Position numbers and translations under genes: made by a program. The notes beneath the pieces were generated by a model. It searched no databases and had not been told where the DNA came from. It saw nothing but the letters and a program-made list of their open reading frames with translations. From Patescibacteria group bacterium (lineage in GTDB: Bacteria; Patescibacteriota; Patescibacteriia; JBAZBY01), in NCBI GenBank assembly GCA_041671225.1, contig JBAZBY010000001.1, positions 109,963-173,962 on the forward strand: DNA of 64,000 bases, written 5' to 3'. Positions 8,976 through 18,430 of this stretch are shown here, piece after piece (within the stretch, counting starts at the first letter, position 1; every line of letters begins with the position of its first letter).

Positions 8976-11300
8976 ATGGGAAATGCACTCGTCATCGTTG
9001 AGTCACCAACAAAAGCAAAAACCATTACGCGGTTTCTTGGCAAAGGCTACACGGTCGTCAGCTCATATGGCCATTTTCGTGATCTCCCAAAATCGAAGTT
9101 TGGCGTGGATGTCAAAAACGACTTTACACCGGAATATGTTATCCCCAAGGACAGTAAATCTCTCGTGACCGATCTACAAAAGAAAGCCGACAAAGCAGAG
9201 ATCATTTATCTCGCAACTGACCAAGACCGCGAAGGAGAAGCTATTGCGTGGCATCTCGCAACGGTTCTGGAAGACCCCAAAAAAGAGCTCAAGCGTATTG
9301 CCTTCCATGAAATTACTGACCACGCCATTAAAGAGGCAATCAAGGATCCGCATGAGCTGAACATGGATTTGGTAAATGCCCAACAAGCACGGCGTATCTT
9401 GGATCGCATTGTGGGTTATGAACTCTCCCCCTTCCTCTGGAAAAAGGTTGCACGGGGTATTTCTGCGGGGCGCGTCCAGTCCGTTGCTGTGCGTCTCATT
9501 GTTGAGCGCGAGCGAGAAATCGAGGCATTCAAGCCAAAAGAATATTGGACCGTCGATGCACTCTTTACAAAAGACAGTGATGAGTTGGCGGCGAGTCTTG
9601 CCAAGAAGGACGGCAAGACGCTTGGCAAATTCGGCATACCAGATGAAAAAACGAAACAGGAAATCGAAAAGGAGCTTGAAGGCGCCGCGTACAGCATTGC
9701 GAGCATTACAGAAAAAAAGGTAAAGCGCTCCCCATACCCTCCATATACCACCTCAACCCTGCAGCAGGATGCAAACCGTAAACTCGGCTTCTCCTCAAAA
9801 AAGACAATGGTGCTCGCACAAAAACTCTACGAAGGTTTGGACATCCCTGGCGAAGGTCAAACCGGTCTTATTACCTACATGCGTACCGACTCCCTCACGC
9901 TTTCACAAAAGTTCCTTGGCGAAGCAAAAGCTCACATAGCAAAAAGCTTTGGTGAGCACTATGCACATCAGGCGCCCCGTTTCTATAAAACGAAGTCAAA
10001 AGGCGCTCAAGAAGCGCATGAGGCCATTCGTCCGACCGATCCGGCACGTACTCCTCAGGTCGTTGCACAAGCAATGGAACATGACATGCAGCGTCTCTAT
10101 GAGCTTATCTGGAACCGCGCCATGGCATCACAGATGGCAGATGCAGAACTCAACCAGACGGGTATTGATATCAACGCCGGAGCAACGGGGTATACCTTCC
10201 GTGCAAACGGCACCACGGTTATCTTTGATGGATTCTTAAAGCTCTCCCCAAACAAACCAAGCGAACAACTCCTTCCACAGCTCAAAGAAAAAGACGCGCT
10301 AGACCTCAAAAAATTAACTTCCGAGCAACACTTCACAGAACCACCGGCTCGTTATTCTGAAGCAGGGCTCGTGAAGGTATTAGAAGAACATGGTATTGGT
10401 CGCCCTTCAACGTATGCGCCAACCATCAGTACCATTGTTGATCGCGGATACGTTGAAATGAACGAACAAAAGCGTCTGCAACCAACAGACCTCGGCACGC
10501 TCGTTACTGACCTTCTTGTGGAACATTTTAAACATATTGTTGACTACGCGTTCACCGCAGAGGTGGAACAACATCTAGATGAAATTGCAGAAGGTACTCT
10601 GGAATGGCCAAAAATGCTCAAGAATTTCTACGGCCCCTTCCATAAAAATCTTGAAGAAAAAACGGAAAGTCTTTCCCGGGACGACGTGATGAAGGTACGC
10701 ATTGTTGGGAAGGATCCAAAAACCGGCCTTGATATTATTGCACGCCACGGACGCTTTGGCGTGTTTGTACAGCTCGGAGAGTGGAGTGAAGAGGACAAAA
10801 AGGCAAAGAAAAACAAGCCGCGCAGTGCTTCATTGCCAAAAGGCGCAACGGTAGACTCTATTGATGTTGAAGGAGCGATGAAACTGCTCGTCTTTCCGAA
10901 GGTGCTTGGCACAGACGAAGATGGTGAAGAAATAAATGTGAATGTTGGGCGCTACGGTCCGTACTTGAACAAAGGCCGCGTGAACGCAAAACTTCCTGAT
11001 GGAGTAGAACCAAACGCGGTAACCTTTGAGCAAGCAAAAGATATTCTTGTCAAAGCAAAAAAACGCAAGGAGGAACTCGCAAAACCTATCGCGGAGCTTG
11101 GTGAAGACCCACAGAGCAAACAACCTATTCTTGTGAAGAATGGTCGATTTGGCCCATACATCACCGATGGCAAAACGAATGTCTCAGTAAAGAAGGATAT
11201 GGACCCGGCAAGCGTCACGCATGAAAAGGCAGTGGAAATGCTGGAATACAAGCGCAAAAATCCCGGTCGCGGACGCTTCCGCCGCAAAAAAAAGGCTTAG
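8976..11300 (+). CDS. topA: DNA topoisomerase I
   Basis: 774 aa with a TOPRIM N-terminus (ALVIVESPTKAKTI) and the catalytic-Tyr region (GLITYMRTDS). The C-terminus has zinc-ribbon-like repeats and a Lys-rich tail. Confidence 0.9.
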   Translation: MGNALVIVESPTKAKTITRFLGKGYTVVSSYGHFRDLPKSKFGVDVKNDFTPEYVIPKDSKSLVTDLQKKADKAEIIYLATDQDREGEAIAWHLATVLEDPKKELKRIAFHEITDHAIKEAIKDPHELNMDLVNAQQARRILDRIVGYELSPFLWKKVARGISAGRVQSVAVRLIVEREREIEAFKPKEYWTVDALFTKDSDELAASLAKKDGKTLGKFGIPDEKTKQEIEKELEGAAYSIASITEKKVKRSPYPPYTTSTLQQDANRKLGFSSKKTMVLAQKLYEGLDIPGEGQTGLITYMRTDSLTLSQKFLGEAKAHIAKSFGEHYAHQAPRFYKTKSKGAQEAHEAIRPTDPARTPQVVAQAMEHDMQRLYELIWNRAMASQMADAELNQTGIDINAGATGYTFRANGTTVIFDGFLKLSPNKPSEQLLPQLKEKDALDLKKLTSEQHFTEPPARYSEAGLVKVLEEHGIGRPSTYAPTISTIVDRGYVEMNEQKRLQPTDLGTLVTDLLVEHFKHIVDYAFTAEVEQHLDEIAEGTLEWPKMLKNFYGPFHKNLEEKTESLSRDDVMKVRIVGKDPKTGLDIIARHGRFGVFVQLGEWSEEDKKAKKNKPRSASLPKGATVDSIDVEGAMKLLVFPKVLGTDEDGEEINVNVGRYGPYLNKGRVNAKLPDGVEPNAVTFEQAKDILVKAKKRKEELAKPIAELGEDPQSKQPILVKNGRFGPYITDGKTNVSVKKDMDPASVTHEKAVEMLEYKRKNPGRGRFRRKKKA

Positions 11301-11499
11301 ACCTCCTTTCAAAACCTGCTTTCAGTGGCGAGCGATGCGGTTTTTTGGCGAGGCGAAGTGGCGGACGATGAGACGGCGCAAACCCGCCGTCGAGTCGGAG
11401 CCGCAAGCCGTAGCCGAAATGAGGTTTTGAAAAAGGAGGTCACATCTGGACGAAGCAACAAAAGACCGCTACAGTACGAACAAGTACTGAACCGTTCTT

Positions 11500-12963
11500 A
11501 TGGCTGAAACCGACAAACTTCTTAAACTTGTTGCCGCATATAATCCACAGGCGAACATGCAGCGCATTCAACGTGCGTATGATTTTGCAAAAAAAGCGCA
11601 TGGCGAGGAAAAGCGTCTTTCAGGGGAACTTTACAGCACACATCCGCTTGCGGTTGCAGAAAAACTCGCAGAGATACGATTAGATGAGGATACCATCGTT
11701 GCCGCGCTACTGCATGATGTGCGTGAGGATACCGATGTGCAGCTGCAAGAAATTGAAACGAAATTTGGCAAAGACGTTGCGTTTCTTGTGGAGGGAGTGA
11801 CAAAGCTTGGAAAGTTGAAGTACCGCGGTCTCACGCGATACGTTGAAAGCCTGCGCAAAATGTTCATTGCCATGGCGCAGGATATTCGCGTGATCATCAT
11901 TAAATTTGCAGACCGCACGCACAATCTTGAAACGCTGCAGTACCTTCCAAAAAATAAGCAACAACGCGTTGCTCGTGAATCACTCGAAATCTATGCACCG
12001 ATAGCAAGTCGACTTGGTATGGGCGCCATGAAAGGTGATATCGAGGATCTCGCATTTCAATATGTTTTTCCGAAGGAGTACAAGCACGTCTCTGCTCTCC
12101 TCTCTGAGCGCACACCGCGCCTCACGGCTTCATTAAAAAAAACGCAAAAGACGCTTGAAAGTGAACTCAAGAAGGAAGAGATCGCGATTCTCTCAATTCA
12201 TGGGCGCCAGAAGCACTCATATTCTCTCTACCGCAAATTATTGCGCCCCGCATATGACCAAGACATCAATCGTATCTATGATCTTATTGCGCTTCGGATT
12301 GTTGTGAAGAATGTTGAGGATTGTTACCGCACACTTGGCATTGTTCACAAACTTTGGAAGCCTATTCAGGGCCGCTTTAAGGATTATATTGCACAACCAA
12401 AGCCAAATGGCTACCGTTCGCTCCATACAACTGTTTTTGGTGAAAATAACGAACCAATTGAAATTCAAATCCGCGATGAAGAAATGCATGAACTCGCCGA
12501 ATACGGCGTGGCAGCGCACTGGCATTATGATGAGTCAGGAAAACCAAAACGCGGCAATGTGAAGCAACGCAAATTTGAATGGGTGGATAACCTGGCAAAA
12601 TGGAAAGAGGAATTTAAAAATGACCAAGAATACCTCGAGGCATTAAAACTCAACGTTTTTCAGAATCAATTCTTTGTGTTCACTCCGCGCGGTGATGTTA
12701 TCGAATTGCCAGAAGACTCCACGCCAATCGACTTTGCGTATCGCATTCATACGGGTCTTGGTAACACGTATACCGGCGCACGGGTTAACGATCAATTCGT
12801 TGGCTACGCAACAAAACTCAAAAGTGGCGACGTGGTTGAAATCATCACCGATAAGAACAGAAAACGACCATCGCGTGACTGGCTTGATGTAGTAAAAACA
12901 CCACAGGCGCGTGAGGCTATCAAGCGAGGACTTCGACAGCATTCATTGAAAGATGAACGATAG
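11500..12963 (+). CDS. (p)ppGpp synthetase/hydrolase, RelA/SpoT family (short form: HD + synthetase + TGS, no ACT domain)
   Basis: HD motif HPLAVAEKLA...LLHDVREDT, the synthetase motif RIVVKN...YRSLHTTV, and a TGS-like region (FVFTPRGDVIELPEDSTPIDFAYRIH). Length is 487 aa. Confidence 0.85.
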   Translation: MAETDKLLKLVAAYNPQANMQRIQRAYDFAKKAHGEEKRLSGELYSTHPLAVAEKLAEIRLDEDTIVAALLHDVREDTDVQLQEIETKFGKDVAFLVEGVTKLGKLKYRGLTRYVESLRKMFIAMAQDIRVIIIKFADRTHNLETLQYLPKNKQQRVARESLEIYAPIASRLGMGAMKGDIEDLAFQYVFPKEYKHVSALLSERTPRLTASLKKTQKTLESELKKEEIAILSIHGRQKHSYSLYRKLLRPAYDQDINRIYDLIALRIVVKNVEDCYRTLGIVHKLWKPIQGRFKDYIAQPKPNGYRSLHTTVFGENNEPIEIQIRDEEMHELAEYGVAAHWHYDESGKPKRGNVKQRKFEWVDNLAKWKEEFKNDQEYLEALKLNVFQNQFFVFTPRGDVIELPEDSTPIDFAYRIHTGLGNTYTGARVNDQFVGYATKLKSGDVVEIITDKNRKRPSRDWLDVVKTPQAREAIKRGLRQHSLKDER

Positions 12964-12966
12964 AAA

Positions 12967-15018
12967 TTATTCAGTCGTATCCGTTTTTATTCCCGCTGCG
13001 CGCTCCTGCTCCAGGGCATCCTGAAAGTCCTGTATATCAGGATAAAACTCAACAAGCGCTTCAAGAATCGCAAGGGCTTCTTCATGACGGCCAAGGAGTG
13101 AAAAAACCTGTGCTTGTGTGAAATCAATTCCTGGAAGGAAGGGGTTCCGCTCCTTTGCTGCTGCAAGCAGTGATTCTGCCTGCGCGAGTTGTGGGCTCGT
13201 TGCCACATCCGTTCCGTCTGCAATGAGATATTCAAGCAAAAATTGGGCATACTGCAAATAATGGGTGGCTTGATTCGGCTCTTGTGTTAAACGCAACGCA
13301 AGTGCTTCTTCCAGCACGGCGGCAGAATATGGGGACGCCGCGCCAAGAAAATTGTTTGTGCGGAACAACGCGGCAATGACGGATGGTTGCAGTGGATCCA
13401 ATGCGCGGGCATCAGCAATGTGCTGCTCTGACTCCTTCGCGCGATTCGCGTCTTCGCCTTCGATATAATTACGGATAGCAAGTTGCTCACCAAGCGTTAC
13501 CTGCAGCACCGCATCCCATGACGCAAGGCGTGCAGCGGTTTTGAGGCGGGATTCAATAGCTGCAAAATCATCATTTTTTTCCGCATGAGTAATGGCACTG
13601 CCAAAAGCAAGTTCTGCGCTCCAAAGACGAGTGGCGTACACCCCACCCACAAGAACAATAATGCCGATCAGGACAACTGCAAACATATGCCGTTGTTGTG
13701 TGTGCTTTGGTAATGCAATATCGCCTTGATTTTTACCGCGCAGCATCAATAATACTTCCGCCATGCCAAGAATGAAGAACCAAAATACAATAACCGTAAA
13801 ATGCATCGGAAAAAAGAAACTCACAAAAAGAAGCAAAGTGAGCATAATGAAGGCAAGATCGAGACCGAGTAACCCACGCTCATCTTCTCCACGCTTCTTG
13901 GGAACAATCGCCAGAAAAACCCGAATGAGTGTCGCGATCATAAGCCCTACAAGGAGCAAACCGCCCGCACCAAGCGTTGCGAGCCATTGCCACCATTGAC
14001 TCCCTGCCCGCACAAATTGAATATTTGCACCGGACTGATACAGTTCCGCAGGCGCAAAACGAAGATAATCATAAAGAAAAGTATTTGGTCCACTCCCTAG
14101 CACTGGATGTGCTTTTGTAACATCAAGAGCAATCTGCGCACTGGCGCTCTGGCCAAGTAATATATCCTGCACTAACTGCGTGTTGGTGAACGTGGTGAGA
14201 TCCAGCACAAGAAAAACAATGGCAAGTGCTGCCAGGCCAATGAGCACGCCAACGCGCCTGCTCTTCTGCAAGCCTCCGCGAATGCCAAGAAGATACACCA
14301 TGAGAAGAAGGCCCAAAAGCAACACGTACCATGCAATATTTAAATCCAGCACAAAAAGTAACAACCCGTGAATCACGATACCTGCTAGGGTGAACATGAC
14401 GAACGCGCCTGTGCGTCCAGAGAGTATGATATAAAGCAGCGCAGTAAGCGCCAATGCCGACGCAACACTTACCATAACAAGTGAATTTGCCAGCAGTGGA
14501 AGTTCACTCACGTTACCGAGTATGGGAAAGCCAAAAAGCCCCATGAGATAGAACAGTGCCGCAAACGTCATGCCAGCTACGAGAATCCAGAAACTTACAA
14601 GGAGTAGCCGCGCATCCCGCAAATACACACGAATGAGATAGAAAAAAAGCAACAAACTGCCGAAGACGAGCAGACTTTCCGTGTATGCGCCGCGGAGTCC
14701 AAAAAGAGACGTCAGGGGATGCACGCTCAACAAAAAAGAAAGCAAATAGAGCACTACGAATGCAAGCCAGAACCAATCTCCTTTGTGTGCGATGCGCGGA
14801 AGGCGCTGTTCCCGTGAACTGATAATAATCGTGACGAGCATGACGGCGAGTACTCCTAAAACAAAAACCGTAGACTTGGTTGTCTCCCAACTATCTACCA
14901 TCATTGGCATAAACAGAAGCGGGATAATGAAAAGCAGAACGCCCAGAATACCGGGTCCGAATGGAAAAAATTTTGGACTCTCTGCACCAAAGACGCGTTG
15001 ACGTATACGAAATGCCAT
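12967..15018 (-). CDS. Polytopic membrane protein, O-antigen ligase/Wzy-like with C-terminal TPR repeats
   Basis: 683 aa with more than 10 predicted TM helices, followed by a soluble C-terminal domain with TPR-like repeats (EALAILEALVEFYPDIQDFQDALEQE). Confidence 0.55.
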   Translation of the reverse strand: MAFRIRQRVFGAESPKFFPFGPGILGVLLFIIPLLFMPMMVDSWETTKSTVFVLGVLAVMLVTIIISSREQRLPRIAHKGDWFWLAFVVLYLLSFLLSVHPLTSLFGLRGAYTESLLVFGSLLLFFYLIRVYLRDARLLLVSFWILVAGMTFAALFYLMGLFGFPILGNVSELPLLANSLVMVSVASALALTALLYIILSGRTGAFVMFTLAGIVIHGLLLFVLDLNIAWYVLLLGLLLMVYLLGIRGGLQKSRRVGVLIGLAALAIVFLVLDLTTFTNTQLVQDILLGQSASAQIALDVTKAHPVLGSGPNTFLYDYLRFAPAELYQSGANIQFVRAGSQWWQWLATLGAGGLLLVGLMIATLIRVFLAIVPKKRGEDERGLLGLDLAFIMLTLLLFVSFFFPMHFTVIVFWFFILGMAEVLLMLRGKNQGDIALPKHTQQRHMFAVVLIGIIVLVGGVYATRLWSAELAFGSAITHAEKNDDFAAIESRLKTAARLASWDAVLQVTLGEQLAIRNYIEGEDANRAKESEQHIADARALDPLQPSVIAALFRTNNFLGAASPYSAAVLEEALALRLTQEPNQATHYLQYAQFLLEYLIADGTDVATSPQLAQAESLLAAAKERNPFLPGIDFTQAQVFSLLGRHEEALAILEALVEFYPDIQDFQDALEQERAAGIKTDTTE

Positions 15019-15021
15019 AGG

Positions 15022-15852
15022 TTATGTTAACTGATCCATAAGCGAGCGCAGCTCCTCTTCAGAATAATACTGCACTTTAATTTCACCTTTTGTTTTATCT
15101 CCAACAATCTCAACTTTTGTTCCTAATGCGTTCCGAAGCTGTTCTTCATATGCGCCCATCGCTGCATTGCGCTTGAGTGTTCCCTTCTTTGTTGCGCCGC
15201 CTTTTGCAGCTTGCGTGCTCTCGGCAACGGTCATGCCTTTGAGCATCTCACGGAATACTTTGTCTTGCTTAGCGACATCCTTAATAGAAAGCAAAACCTT
15301 TGCGTGCCCCTCGCTAATCTTTTCCGTTGCAAGCGCATCCTGCATATTCGCGGGTAGATTCAAAAAACGCAACGTATTCGCAACGACTTCCCTGCTCTTT
15401 CCAACGCGTTCCGCTGCCTGCACCTGGGTCAGTGAAAACTCATCGATGAGACGTTGATACGCATGCGCACGCTCCAGAGGACCAAGGTCGGTGCGTTGAA
15501 TATTTTCAATCAACGCCAGCTCAAGCTGTTCCTGCGCATTTGAATCACGAATAATAACAGGTACCTTTGAAAGGCCAACCTGCTTTGCTGCGGTGAGTCG
15601 TCGTTCGCCGGCGATAAGTGCGTAGCGTCCATTCTTTTCTGGCATCACCACAAGGGACTGAAGAATACCGTGTTCCTTGATGGAAGCGGCAAGCTCACCC
15701 AGCTGCTTCTCATCAAAGTGTGTGCGAGGTTGAAACGGATTCGCATCAATCACCGCAGGATCAAGCTCGTGCACTGGCTCATTATCGCGCTCGTGCTTGC
15801 GTGCTGCTTGGGGAATCAATGATGAAAGGCCGCGGCCAAGTGCTTCTGCCAT
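15022..15852 (-). CDS. parB: Chromosome partitioning protein ParB (Spo0J)
   Basis: ParB box GERRLTAAKQVGLSKVPVIIRD and an HTH; it sits directly downstream of parA. Confidence 0.9.
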   Translation of the reverse strand: MAEALGRGLSSLIPQAARKHERDNEPVHELDPAVIDANPFQPRTHFDEKQLGELAASIKEHGILQSLVVMPEKNGRYALIAGERRLTAAKQVGLSKVPVIIRDSNAQEQLELALIENIQRTDLGPLERAHAYQRLIDEFSLTQVQAAERVGKSREVVANTLRFLNLPANMQDALATEKISEGHAKVLLSIKDVAKQDKVFREMLKGMTVAESTQAAKGGATKKGTLKRNAAMGAYEEQLRNALGTKVEIVGDKTKGEIKVQYYSEEELRSLMDQLT

Positions 15853-15854
15853 AG

Positions 15855-16613
15855 TTATATATAAAGAATTTCACGCGCAAGACGCTCATACGCGCGCGCG
15901 CCGGATGAATTTGGTTCATAATCTGCAATGGACTTCCCATACGATGGCGCTTCGGCAAGACGAACATTTCGCGGAATCACGGAGCGGAAGATATTGTTCG
16001 GGAAATGGCGATACAATTCTTGCATCACTTCGGCAGAGAGCTTTGCGCGGCTATCATACATCGTGAGTACGGCGCCAAGTATACGAAGATTCGGCTGCAG
16101 ACCCTGCTGCACGAGCCGAATGGTCTCAAGGAGCTGTGAAAGTCCCTCCAGGGCATAATATTCCGCCTGCACGGGAATAAGCACATCATCAGCCGCGACA
16201 AGCCCGTTCAACGTTAAGAGTCCCAAGCTCGGTGGATTATCAATAATAATATAATCATAATTATTCCGCACTTCCAGAAGTGACTCGCGAAGACGATGCT
16301 CACGTTGTTCTTGATTCACGAGTTCAATCTGTGCGCCCGCGAGATCCATTGTTCCTGGAGCAATCGTGAGGCCATCGATACTCGTTTGTAATAAGACATG
16401 GGACATCTGTTTTATTCCAACGATTGCTTCATACGTTCCATGTGAAAGATCGCTCACCACATGGCCGAGTCCGCTGGTCGCATTCGCCTGCGGATCGATA
16501 TCCACGAGTAACACAAACTTCCCTTCTCGGGCGAGGTATGTTGCGAGATTGATGGCCGTGGTGGTCTTTCCAACCCCGCCCTTTTGATTGACCACAGAAA
16601 TAACACGTGCCAT
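15855..16613 (-). CDS. parA: Chromosome partitioning ATPase ParA (Soj)
   Basis: Deviant Walker A MARVISVVNQKGGVGKTTTAINLA and 252 aa length. Confidence 0.9.
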   Translation of the reverse strand: MARVISVVNQKGGVGKTTTAINLATYLAREGKFVLLVDIDPQANATSGLGHVVSDLSHGTYEAIVGIKQMSHVLLQTSIDGLTIAPGTMDLAGAQIELVNQEQREHRLRESLLEVRNNYDYIIIDNPPSLGLLTLNGLVAADDVLIPVQAEYYALEGLSQLLETIRLVQQGLQPNLRILGAVLTMYDSRAKLSAEVMQELYRHFPNNIFRSVIPRNVRLAEAPSYGKSIADYEPNSSGARAYERLAREILYI

Positions 16614-16696
16614 AGTCTGTAGAGTATAGCAAAAAGTACCCTTTGCTTACAGTTGACGTTCTATTACTTTTTCAATACACTGCTGGGGTTTCATAC

Positions 16697-16713
16697 GTGC
16701 CGGAGTGGCGGAG
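16697..16713 (+). repeat. 17-nt duplicate of the 5' end of tRNA-Leu(CAA) (CGTGCCGGAGTGGCGGA)
   Basis: Identical to 16800-16816. tRNA-like homology stops after the D-stem 5' strand and is followed by the hairpin GCCCCGCA...TGCGGGGC. Confidence 0.7.
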
Positions 16714-16801
16714 CCCCGCACTATGCAAGCAAATGCGGGGCGGGACGATGTGAGTCTCTATTTGTCCTCCGTATCACCTATCGGTGTAAAATAAACTTCG
16801 T

Positions 16802-16888
16802 GCCGGAGTGGCGGAACTGGTATACGCGCGCGACTCAAAATCGCGTTCCCTTCCGGGATTGTGGGTTCGAGTCCCTCCTCCGGCACCA
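16802..16888 (+). tRNA. tRNA-Leu (anticodon CAA), type II with long variable arm
   Basis: 87 nt: acceptor GCCGGAG/CTCCGGC, D-arm GCG-GAACTGGTATA-CGC, anticodon stem CGCGA/TCGCG with loop CTCAAAA, a long variable arm, T-loop TTCGAGT, ACCA. Confidence 0.85.
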
Positions 16889-17065
16889 TAGAAAGGTTTG
16901 GTTATCTCGAAGAGATGAACAAGCCTTCATATGACAGCAGACTCGAACGGGCAGAAGCGAGACAAGTCGCTTGCCGAAAGGCGCGGCGCAGGCGAGCGAT
17001 CGCAGAATGCGAGTAAGCGCAGCATGCTGCGCTGCCCAGGACAACGAGCCCCGCGAGATGCGGGG

Positions 17066-17083
17066 CGAGGCGAAAGTCCCTCC
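17066..17083 (+). repeat. 18-nt duplicate of the 3' end of tRNA-Leu(CAA) (GTCCCTCCTCCGGCACCA)
   Basis: Identical to 16871-16888 and preceded by the GAGCCCCGC-GAGAT-GCGGGGC hairpin; no matching 5' acceptor strand lies immediately upstream. Confidence 0.7.
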
Positions 17084-17142
17084 TCCGGCACCAACTTGAC
17101 GAAGAAAGACATCTCAGCTATCCTCTGCAAGCAACATCATGA

Positions 17143-17218
17143 CGCGGGATGGAGCAATTGGTAGCTCGCCGGGCTCATAATCCGGAGGTTGTGGGTTCGA
17201 GTCCCACTCCCGCAACCA
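17143..17218 (+). tRNA. Initiator tRNA-fMet (anticodon CAU)
   Basis: 76 nt with anticodon loop CTCATAA. The C1:A72 mismatch and A11:U24 pair are characteristic of bacterial initiator tRNA; T-arm GTGGG-TTCGAGT-CCCAC. Confidence 0.8.
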
Positions 17219-17240
17219 GGTCAATCTACATTGTCGACGT

Positions 17241-17317
17241 GCCAGGGTAGCTCAGTTGGTTAGAGCACGGGACTCATAAGCCCGGGGTCGTGGGTTCGAA
17301 TCCCACCCCTGGTACCA
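17241..17317 (+). tRNA. tRNA with CAU anticodon (elongator Met or lysidine-modified Ile2)
   Basis: 77 nt: acceptor GCCAGGG/CCCTGGT, D-loop AGTTGGTTAG, anticodon loop CTCATAA, T-arm GTGGG-TTCGAAT-CCCAC, ACCA. Confidence 0.8.
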
Positions 17318-17319
17318 GA

Positions 17320-17355
17320 AGTCAGTCCTTAAAAAAATGAGGGCTGACTTTTGGT
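17320..17355 (+). terminator. Rho-independent terminator after the tRNA cluster
   Basis: Hairpin AGTCAGTCCTT...AGGGCTGACT followed by TTTTGG. Confidence 0.6.
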
Positions 17356-17422
17356 TTCGTAGCATTCAACGCTGTCTGCTTTTATTTCTCTTTAACGCCA
17401 AAATCCGATATACTAACGAAGT

Positions 17423-17959
17423 ATGTATCTTACCCCTCACGCCTCCGTAGGCATCCTCATTAGTCAACATGTGGACAAGCCCCTTTGGGTTTTTGTCTTT
17501 GCGTTTCTTTCTCACTTTGTCCTTGATTTCATCCCCCACGGCGACGAACCGATTGGTGAATGGATGCATAGTAGATTGCGGCGCGTCGTGTTCATTGCAA
17601 CCATCGACCTCACGTTGGTTTTTTTTATGACCATGACAGTACTCGCAATAGAAACCGACCCAACAACAACGTCCCTGTACCTTGCGGGGATCTTTGGAGC
17701 AATTCTACCTGACTTTCTCTCAATGGTATTTCCAAAAATGCACGAGAAACTCAATTGGTTCTTTGTTGTTCGATGGGTTCACTCCATTCTCCACACCAGT
17801 CGCATCACACACATGGTGAGTGGCGTGAACTGGCTCCACATGAAGCTCCACAAATTCCTACTGAATCGTTACCAAGTAAAGATCTCACTCGAGCGCGGCA
17901 TTATCTTTCAGAGTATCTTTCTTGTGTTCGTGCTGCTGCTCATCTCATACAGCATATAA
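17423..17959 (+). CDS. Polytopic membrane protein, possible membrane-bound metal-dependent hydrolase (DUF457/YdjM-like)
   Basis: 178 aa with 4-5 TM helices and an HFVLDFIPHGDEP motif; the family assignment is tentative. Confidence 0.4.
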   Translation: MYLTPHASVGILISQHVDKPLWVFVFAFLSHFVLDFIPHGDEPIGEWMHSRLRRVVFIATIDLTLVFFMTMTVLAIETDPTTTSLYLAGIFGAILPDFLSMVFPKMHEKLNWFFVVRWVHSILHTSRITHMVSGVNWLHMKLHKFLLNRYQVKISLERGIIFQSIFLVFVLLLISYSI

Positions 17960-17967
17960 CACAACCA

Positions 17968-18429
17968 TTACAAACGATCCGAGAGTGCGAATCGGTCTTT
18001 TGGGCTAACAAGCGTCCAGGCAGCGATCAGAAAAAGAATCACATCACGCGCAAGAATCTCCTCAAGTGTCTCATCAATACGGAAGATGCCAAAACACCCA
18101 CATGCAGCCAGAATATCATCTGAGCCGCGCGCATGCTCTATGGCGATGAAAAAGGAAAGCAACAGGAGAAGAAGCGCCACAGCGGCATAACGTCGGTACA
18201 ATCCAAGTACCATCATCATGCCCGCAAGCAACTCAACCCAGGGCAACAATGTTGCGTACCACACGTCGAGCGGGTTTGGCAGGAGATTAAACGCACGTAC
18301 GGCACCAAGCACCTCCTCACGTGGTTCCAGAAGTTTCCCTACTGCGCTAAAAATAAAGACACCGCCAATTGCGAGTCGGAGAAAAAATGTCCCCCACCCC
18401 GCAAACGTCGCATGACGCGCAATATGCAT
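17968..18429 (-). CDS. DoxX/MauE-family membrane protein (candidate thiol-disulfide membrane partner)
   Basis: Start chosen at an internal ATG (MHIARH) so that it abuts the upstream DsbA gene. There are four TM helices and a cysteine motif AACGCFG; a longer upstream extension would overlap the DsbA gene. Confidence 0.55.
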   Translation of the reverse strand: MHIARHATFAGWGTFFLRLAIGGVFIFSAVGKLLEPREEVLGAVRAFNLLPNPLDVWYATLLPWVELLAGMMMVLGLYRRYAAVALLLLLLSFFIAIEHARGSDDILAACGCFGIFRIDETLEEILARDVILFLIAAWTLVSPKDRFALSDRL

Positions 18430-18430
18430 G

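Noticed and set aside
11301-11499. topA-relA intergenic region (199 bp, GC-rich hairpins) considered as a structured leader or riboswitch
   Set aside because: I recognised no motif of a known riboswitch class by eye; it was left unannotated for lack of evidence.
16699-17083. Possibility that the 5' and 3' tRNA-like fragments plus spacer form a tmRNA (ssrA)
   Set aside because: I found no tag-peptide reading frame ending in an ALAA-like sequence, no canonical T-loop (TTCGA) in the 3' piece, and a complete tRNA-Leu sits inside. A covariance-model search would still be worthwhile.
16653-17164. ORFs 16653-16934 (+), 16835-17044 (-), 16927-17130 (-) and 16931-17164 (+) across the tRNA cluster
   Set aside because: All run through tRNA genes or the hairpin-rich spacer and begin at non-ATG extensions; they were treated as non-coding.
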